Origin: Entomortierella parvispora E1425 | Taxonomy: Eukaryota > Fungi > Mortierellomycota | Direction: 5' to 3' | NCBI GenBank assembly: GCA_020891255.1 | Contig: BQFW01000002.1 | Coordinates: 868,001-932,000, forward strand | Length of the DNA: 64,000 nt | Part shown: positions 56,201 to 64,000 of the stretch, in pieces | How the letters are laid out: every line of letters starts with the position of its first letter | Numbering within the stretch: the stretch's first letter is position 1 | Program-made: the position numbers and the translations under genes | The notes under the pieces: generated by a model | The model's database searches: none | Seen by the model: only the letters and a program-made list of their open reading frames with translations | Told to the model about the DNA's origin: nothing

Positions 56201-58443
56201 TCCAATAGCTCGTGGATTTCGCCTCGCACAAATTGACCAGTGCTTTCCGCCGATGAGGACATGGACGTCAAATACTTTTCCAGAAAAGAGTTGCCAGAGA
56301 CCACGATTTCATCCAGTAGGAATCGAGTTTCTTTCACAACGGCCAAGATCCTCGCTGAATTTTGGTCTTCAGGCGGGGCAGTGATTAAAGAAAAATATTC
56401 GGCAGCACTGGTAGAAAGCACTCCTCGGAGCGCAGTCAGATCCCGAATTATGTCCTGGCCCTTCTCATGCTTGTCCCAGTACGCGCCCATAGGAGGTGCT
56501 TTCCCAAACTTGGAGGAACCAGACCCCCGTGAAAAGCCAGCGCCATGAGCCGCTGCTGCTCCAACTGTTGTAAATTTGTAGTTGACCTCTAACATGACAA
56601 AGGCGGAAAAAAGGTCAGTAAAGAGAATTTTGACGCATCGCTGAGGTAGACGTATCAGTCATCATTTCTCCTTACGGTAACCCTCGTCATGGACGAGAAG
56701 ATCCTGGACACAGCAATTGACTGGAATCCACTGGACCGATTCGTCCTTTTTTTCTTGACTTCTTCTGAAAGGTCCTTGTCCGACTTCCATGTTTTCTCGA
56801 AGCTTTTGTTCAACTTTTTGCGTCATATTCTCATAAAAGACCTTGATGTTCCTGTGAGCGCTGATCTGCTGTCGTATAACTTTTTGTAACTGAGAGTCCT
56901 CGTTGGACAGGCCCGATTGTCGAGCTTTTGTCGATAGACGTGACGTGTCCTGAGGAGGATCGACTCGACCGGTGCTTCGCCGTAAGGTCTCCATGAAGCT
57001 GACTCCTCTCGTGATTGGATTTGGTCGATGGTCGAGTGGTACGGATTGTACCAAATCCGACAGTGATACATCTTGCTCTTTTTCCAACTCTTGAAGTACC
57101 TTTTCCTCATCTTGAGCAAGGAGCTGTAGCAGCTTGATTGGAAGTGTGAACGCCAGAGGAGACTCATATAAAGATTCGCGAGCGTAGAGTAGAGAACCGC
57201 GCACGGAATGTCCATGATATGACTGAGAGAAGCTAGGGCCGATTCTCGATTGCTCCGCACTAATTTTTGATGGGATCAAGATCGGCAACGACTAGCGCGA
57301 CACCAAAAAAAAAAAAAAAAAAAAAAAAAAGGAACCTGGAGTGAGCATCAAACCGAGAACTTCGAGGGAGAACCAGATCATCCTATACGTGTGTTGTACC
57401 TCTTCCACCACGACAGTCAAAGAAGCGGCAGTAGGCTTTCTTTTTTTGTGTTCCCCTCCTCCTGCAGACAAGGCCACCTCAATGAGTGGAATAGTAAACT
57501 CTGTTGACCGATCAGCAATGGAGCCAGAGCTAGCATGCCCGGTTACAAAGTGTTCCACTGCAACAGAAGCTTCCGCCCAGGGTAGGTACCCCTCTAATGC
57601 CGGGAATTCGGAAAGGACCTTGGAGCTGCTGTTTGGAGAAGGTAGGACGAGTAAAGTAAAGCCAATCACTAGGGTATTTTCCATGATTTGCAATGGCAAT
57701 GTCTTGACAAAGTAACCCTCTGGATGCCCCTTGCAGATGAGGGGAGAAAAAAAAAGAACAGGACAAAGGAGAACAACAGAGCACACGCAAGCAAACAAAA
57801 AAAAAAAGGCCAGAGAGCATCATGGTCAGTCGCGTGGGACAATTCTTCGAAAGCTGAGCCAAGCAGGGATCTGCGATCGAATCATTCTTACTTTGTCTAG
57901 AGAGAGAAGCTCGGTCCTGCTCTGCTCCACCCACGTCTGGCGTTGGTCCGGCAACTGGACCAAGGCAGTCAATACCAGGACCAAGTTGACCTTTGAATGC
58001 ACCAGCTTATCGTGCAATTGCTCCTGATCAACGACTACCGAGGTTCGAAGCTGGAGCGGTGGTCCAAGAGGAGCAGACTGTGCCTGTCTCTGCGGTGGCT
58101 GCACATCCAGAGTCGCTAAAGTGGCACCGGCCAGGGTCTGTGCGACAGGGTGCCCTGGTGACTGCTGCTGCTCGTCGTCGGAGCTGTTGGTGCTGGTGTT
58201 GGTGTTGGCGTTGTGGAGGTGGAGGCTGCTCAGGCTTCCACGCAAGCTGGCTCTCTCTGGGAGCGTGTCTGACAGCGAATCGACAGAGTCCTGGCCAAAG
58301 CCCAGGGCGGTGGCATCCACAGAGACTACAGGTGCAAGTGCAGATGCATTCTTGGGTTGAAGACGTGTTGGTGGCAATGGTAAAGGCGATTGAATCGAAT
58401 TGCAAGGGCTCATGCTACTTGAATTGTCTGTGGAGGTGGACAT
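53260..58443 (-). CDS. INPP4: Inositol polyphosphate 4-phosphatase (INPP4A/B-like); 4 exons, about 1608 aa
   Basis: Catalytic CX5R motif CKSAKDRTSMAVTL (54522-54502). Also ESLYESPLAFTLP, WIPVNCCVQ, FTTVGAAAAHGAGF, IESLLSTQGSELGMLLD, FSQGINEMQTL, MRSEVGVRIKNVERN and KFAFNNLQ..LPAAYRPP. Exons 58443-57892, 57729-57400, 57291-56676, 56588-53260. Confidence 0.92.
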
Positions 58444-58550
58444 GAGTGCGGGCGGAAGGCAGGAGATTGAGTGGGTGCATGCAACAAAAATAAAGTAAAG
58501 AAAAAGGAAAAGAAAAGAAAGGATCAAAAACACAAATTTTTTTTATTGTA

Positions 58551-61500
58551 CTATGTGGATGATGTGCCAGCAGTAACATCTGTGCCTGTCTTCGCCGCGG
58601 ACTCGGTTCCCGCATCTGCTATTGGTGATGATGATGATGACGATGGGGGCTGCTCTTGGATCTGAGGTGGAAGAGCCGATGACGCCACGGTCGGTACCAC
58701 GGATTTCTCCTGAACTGCCGGTGCCTGAGCCTGTGCCTGCGCCTGCGCCTGCGGTTGTGCTGAGACGGAGGCCGATGCCTGCGGTACGGCTGACTGGGTC
58801 TGGGACTGAGTCTGGACTATCGTCTGAAGAGCTGATGGAGTCGCCTGCGTCTGTGCTTGTGCTTGTGCCCGTGCCTGCGCTTGAGCAGCTGCCACAAGCT
58901 GTGCAATGGGGGACTGCTGAGTTTTCGTGACATCAGCCTCAGCCTTGGCAACTAAAGGCGAGACTGAGGAGGAAGCAGTTGTTGAAATTGAGGCTGCTTG
59001 TGGCTGCGGTGACGGGCTGCTCAAAGAAGATAGTGCTGTACTAATTGGGGTCGAGGCGAGAGTCGTCGATGGGACAGGCGTTGTACTGGACAAGGCGGCG
59101 GAGCCCTGGATCGAAGAGGATGGGGCGGGTATAGCCGAGACTGACGTGCTCGATCCCGAGGAGGCCGAGGGCTGAGGGATGGACGATGCGGGTACGGGTG
59201 CTTTTGCTGAAGCACTTGGTGTTGAGGGCTGAAGAGCCGACAAAAGCTGGGTGGATAAAGAGGCAGTGCTTTGTGGAGCCACATTATTTTGGGGGGCTGC
59301 TGCTGTTGATGTTGAAGAACTCTGCTGCTGTTGCTGCTGCTGTTGTTGTTGTTGCCGTTGTGCTTGTAATTGCAATTGCTGTTGCTGTTGCAAATGTGCT
59401 GCAAGGGCCCTCGCTGTAGCAGGGAGTGAAGCAGCCAAACCTCCTGGAATTCCACTGGCATTTGCAGCTGCGATCAACGCAGATGCCAGTGCCGCCTGAT
59501 TACCCTCCTTCGCAGCGGCCGTTATTGACTGTGTCAATGTAGCGAGATTCAAAGCAGAAAGTCCAAGAATGGGTTGTGCTACGGTCGAGGTTCCTGCACC
59601 AACATTAGAAGCAGATGCAGAAGGAGCTGCTGCTGGCTGTACCTGCGTAACTGGCTGCTTTTGCTGTTGCGCTTGCTGAGCTGATGCTGGTAGTTGGCTG
59701 GATTGGGTCGCTGAAAGCTGTGTAGCGGTCGCTGGTTGGGACTGTGTCGTGGAATCCAGTTGCATGGCGGATGAATTTGCTGATGCTGTTGCATCCGTTC
59801 CAGTATTGGCACGCTTTTTGGGTTTGTCGGCCTGATCGTAGGGCGACTCAGAGTCGGATCGATTACGAGTACCTCCAGGTTTTGATGACATGGCCCGTCT
59901 ATTCCTCTTGTATACCCCGTTAGCGAATTGGTTTTCGCAGCTTTGATCAATAGTCCAGAACGCTCCTTTTCCTGGCTCACTGTCCGAACGCGGGACTTTG
60001 ACGAAAGCCTTGTTCAAAGACAGGTTATGACGGATAGAATTCTATAATAAACGCAAGATATTCTTGAGATCAGTGTGTGTTCTCTCACGACAGCAACACC
60101 CGTTAAAAGATATAAAGCAGTGTAACAAGAAAAGGGTACATACCTGCCAGCCATTCTGCGCCAGCTGATAATAAGGATAGTGGTTGGTAATATGCTGATA
60201 GATTCCATTAAGCGTGAGTTTCCTGGAAGGAGTCGAGTTGATGGCTTGCGCAATGAGGGATGCATAAGAGAATGGAGGTTTGGTGTCTCGTGAAGAGTAT
60301 TCAGAGGCATCGAATTGCTCCACAGGCTGCGATGAGGTCTCCCTCTTAACAGCAGCATGGCTCGATGCAGCGGTGGAATCCGTAGTCCCCTGAGCGCCAC
60401 TAGATGTCGCTGCATTATTGCCTCTCGGCGACGATCCGGCATAAGCAGTTTCCTGAGTATTTTCATCTGCCTCAAGCTTGGGCAAGAGAAATGAAAACGA
60501 GACCTCGCCAATCTGAATTTTCGTCCGATTCTCAAGCGGCACTGTTACACCCTTCTCGACAAATTGGTCGTTGACAAATGCTCCATTCTTCCCAAAGACC
60601 ATCATTTCGAACCGCTGGGTTGTGAAATTATAGAATAGGCGAGCATGCTGTCGGGAGATTGCTTTTGTTGGTCCCAGATGAATGTCGACTTGATCTGAAG
60701 AACTGGCCTTTCGCCCGAAAGTCACTTGCAGCGTCCTATGAATAAAGGGCAGTCGTTAGAATCCTGCACTGGAATAACTGTATGGTCCAAACGATGCTCG
60801 ACGTTTACCTGATGTAATAGCAGAAGGAATCTCCTTCCAGCTTTGCATATGCCTGGACAGGCTCTGATGACTGTTCCGCTGAAGCCGCTGCCGTAGCACT
60901 GTTCACGGTGGCCTGAGGATAAGTTGTGTTGGCATAAGTGGATGCCGAGGACACTGGTGTCTGCGGAAGCGAAAGAGAATGAAGCTGGTGTGCTTGCTCC
61001 AGCAGCTGAGCCTGCTGCCCATGGTCATGGGAGAGTGCTTGATTGTGCATGGCCAGCAGGTTAGCGGCAAGAGCTGTTTCATCAACCATGGGCTCTCGTC
61101 CGTTACAAGTGGATGGTGGAAAGACTGCAAATGGGAGTGTTGGCAATAAAAAAATAAAAAGAGTTTAAGAACATGTGGTGGCGTTTATGCATGGTCCTTC
61201 GCCCAGCAGCTTGCACTCCCGGCCCACTCAAGGCCGCTGAAAGTTGCTTTACATGGAAGACTCTCTTTCACTAAGTATAGGGTCCCTGGCCATGTCCAGG
61301 GCTGAGCACTCAGCCGAAGGGTCTGATACTCTCTCCAAAGTGTCCCCGCAGCAGTCCCATCAACTCACCTTTGCCTTCGAGTGTTGATGCTTCGGTTCCC
61401 CTGAGTGCAGAGGCGAAAGATGTTGCGGTAGTTTGAGCGGTGGAAGGGCTGCAGATGGAGGGTGGGATGCAGCGATGGGGTGAGAGGGAGAGAGAAGAAG

Positions 61501-61831
61501 AAGAAGAAGAAGAGAGTGAAGATGGTGGCAAAGAAGGATGAGAGAACAAGGTATGTGTGTCCTGAGTGCCGAGAGGGTTCTGGAGCAGAGAGGAGGACCT
61601 GCAGGACAGCCTGTGTGAGGCACCTAAGCCACCGATCAAAACAATGTGACCAACCAACGTCACAAGCAGTCATGTGATGTTTCATCTACAAAGGGTGGCC
61701 AAGGTGGTCCTTCTTTGCTCTTCTTTTTTACCTTTACATGAGGTCAACACATCCACAGTGCTGCTCCCAGCCTGTGCTTGCGCCTGGATCCTACCAGAAC
61801 TTGGTCCGGGTGTGGTGTAGGTTGGGTGCAT
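58551..61831 (-). CDS. FHL1: FHA + forkhead transcription factor, Fhl1 type (ribosomal protein gene regulator); 5 exons, N-terminus less certain
   Basis: The FHA domain [67 protein letters not shown] matches Fhl1. Forkhead domain [36 protein letters not shown]. The upstream exons 61831-61732 and about 61622-61369 are in phase but lack conserved motifs. Confidence 0.88.
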
Positions 61832-62137
61832 GAACCTTTCCTCACCCAGGCCCTGTGCGCAAAACTGGGCGTTCTAGTCTCGAGTCGGAGGGACAATTGA
61901 CGCACTTTGTGGCCGACGTCAACACAACAACGACGACGTTGCAGGCGCCGTCCTCTAGAGTCCGGAATCTGTTGTATTCAAGAGAATTGACCATGCCTGG
62001 CCCACGCGGTAATACTACCGTAAGCATGCCCCCCAAAAGCAACTGACAGTGCGACCGGAACACATGTGTGTAGCAGAGGGAGCATGTTGTGGTATTGGAC
62101 TGTGTCCCGCGTTCTCCAACTGCCTTGTCTCTGGGAC

Positions 62138-62145
<8 letters not shown>

Positions 62146-62182
<37 letters not shown>
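62146..62182 (+). repeat. (AGAC)n tetranucleotide microsatellite
   Basis: Read directly in the FHL1/PKA-R divergent intergenic region. Confidence 0.9.
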
Positions 62183-63028
62183 GGTGACGAATGAGAAGGG
62201 AAAAACGCGTCTTTGTTTTGAATGCATCCATGGAGCGGATGCATCTCCCGCTGCCCTTTCACGCGGCAGGATGCTCTCCCTCTCTCTCTCTCTCTCTCTT
62301 TCACTTGGTTCCCCTCTGTCAAGAGCTCTGCACTCCAGCAGAGGGAGGAGAGGGGGTGCGCAAACGGTTTTTTTTTTCTTTCTTTTTTTCTTTCTGTCTC
62401 TCCAACATCCACCACAACTGGAACACGGCCTCTCTCCCGCTGTGAGTCCACCGGTTTTTTTTTTTTTTTTTTTTTTTCTTTCTCTTTCGCTCCCTTTCCC
62501 TCTCTTTTTTTTTGCGATTTCGCATCCCCCCAACCTCCCTCTCTCTCTCTCCCTCCCCCTCGTCCCATCCCATCTCTTTTCATCTACCCATCCATCCTCC
62601 TTTCCCTGCCACATCTCTCTTTGTTTATCTCCCTCCCACCGTCTGCCCATACCTCCAGTAAGTCTGTTGGAATGTCGAATGTTGGAAAAGGCCTGGATGG
62701 ACAAGACTCCCCCGACCCCGACCCCGTCCACCCCGCCCCTTCAAAGGAATCAGAGCCTCTGTCTGCCCACACTGACCATGCACTTTTTTTTTCCCCTCCC
62801 GCTCTCATCTGCACGATCATAATCCGGACTTGCTGGCTATCCTCTTTCTTTTTGGAAACCTTCGTGGCAAAAGCAAAGGACACTAGGAGGACGCATCATT
62901 CCCGCTCGTTGTTTCTTTTCGACTCCAGACGCGACAATTGCACACGCAACCTCAATCGCCGCTGAACAACGCGCCATCGCCAGAACACGCCCATCACAAA
63001 AAATCGGACAGAGTTTGCAGGTTGACAA

Positions 63029-64000
63029 ATGTTTACCTCGTCGACTTCCTCGCAGTCGCCCATCCATCGGTCCATGCCTCAGGCATATGCAGAAATCCTG
63101 AATGATTTGAATCAAAAAGTTATTGCCGCCCAACCGCAGGATGTCCTTCAGTTTTGTGCAAACTACTTCAACCAGAAGCTCGAGGAGCAGCGTGTTCGAT
63201 TTCTAGCAGCAGGTAATCGTCAGTTGCCACAGTCGCTAGGGACCAGGGATGGTTGGCTTTTGAGTTGGGCTGGATTGGGTTGGACTGGGTTGAGTGGACG
63301 ATAGGAGACCTCCTTGACAGGGAGAAAGCGGTGGAGACGAGTGTGATTCACGCCAGTTGGTCCCACGCGAGAATGCGCGCAAAAGAGGGGTCGCAGATCA
63401 GTTTACAGCCCCTTTGGAAACACTTGCCATCATGAGCAGCTCCGCATAGACATATCTTTTGCATGCGACATCGGCTCCTCTACTCTATTGTCTGTTCTAA
63501 ACGTATGCTTCTCATTCTTACACGACTGCAATTCAATTGCAACAATAGCCCGGACTGCCCCACAAATTAGGGACATTCCTCAATTCTTGCCGGCTGCCTC
63601 AGCACCAGCCCTCGCGGTCTCGTCGCCAAGAATCAACAATGCGGCTACTCCTGCGACATCCAGCCCAGACCATTCTATGGAGAGCGATAGTGGGAGTGAT
63701 AGCGATGATTCTCAGGAGGATGGAGGCTCCTTGCCAGAGGCCCCACCTAACTTCATGTTGAGAAACCGTCGAACCTCCGTCAGTGCTGAGAGCATGGTAC
63801 CCAGTCATCAGAACTATGTCAAGACTGTTATCCCAAAGACGGACGAGCAACGCCGACGCATTGAAGTCTCTATTTCCAACAACTTTCTTTTCAAGAACTT
63901 GGACGAGGATCAACATGAGGACGTTGTGAACGCCATGACGGAAAAGCGGTTCAAGAGAGGAGACAACGTCATCGAGCAGGGAGCTGTCGGCGACTTTTTC
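63029..64000 (+). CDS. PKAR: cAMP-dependent protein kinase regulatory subunit, 5' part (runs off the window)
   Basis: RIIa D/D domain YAEILNDLNQKVIAAQPQDVLQFCANYF, intron 63213-63548, inhibitor site NRRTSVSAES, start of cNMP-A NFLFKNLDEDQ..VIEQGAVGDFF. Confidence 0.95.

Overview
Gene-dense, intron-rich eukaryotic nuclear DNA from a fungus. FHL1, RXT2, PXA1, PMC1 and an UsgS-like gene are fungal-type. Retention of ITFG2, a human-like LAMTOR2 and INPP4, plus long poly-Q/S insertions, suggests an early-diverging lineage such as Mortierellaceae (inference). By reading splice sites I reconstructed about 22 protein-coding genes (2 truncated at the window edges) with about 55 introns: BolA3, ITFG2, EXO70, GNAT, cupredoxin-like, MRD1, MARVEL-like, PMC1, LAMTOR2, an acylated orphan, CENP-X, RXT2, RPS26, EI24/UsgS-like, an alpha/beta hydrolase, an S/Q-rich orphan, PXA1, a type II membrane orphan, a MULE-derived DNA-binding protein, INPP4, FHL1 and a PKA regulatory subunit. 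I found no tRNA, rRNA, snRNA, CRISPR array or intact transposon. The best leads are: (1) animal-type lysosomal TORC1 and phosphoinositide components (KICSTOR ITFG2 spliced to a roughly 1,000-aa tail, Ragulator LAMTOR2, INPP4), with a recurrent non-coding TCACGTGA (CLEAR/Cbf1-type) motif; (2) a domesticated Mutator-derived zinc-finger gene; (3) a PMCA-like calmodulin-binding segment in PMC1; (4) a cupredoxin lacking 3 of 4 copper ligands; (5) a start codon split by an intron and two GC-AG introns. All homology calls come from recalled family motifs, not database searches.
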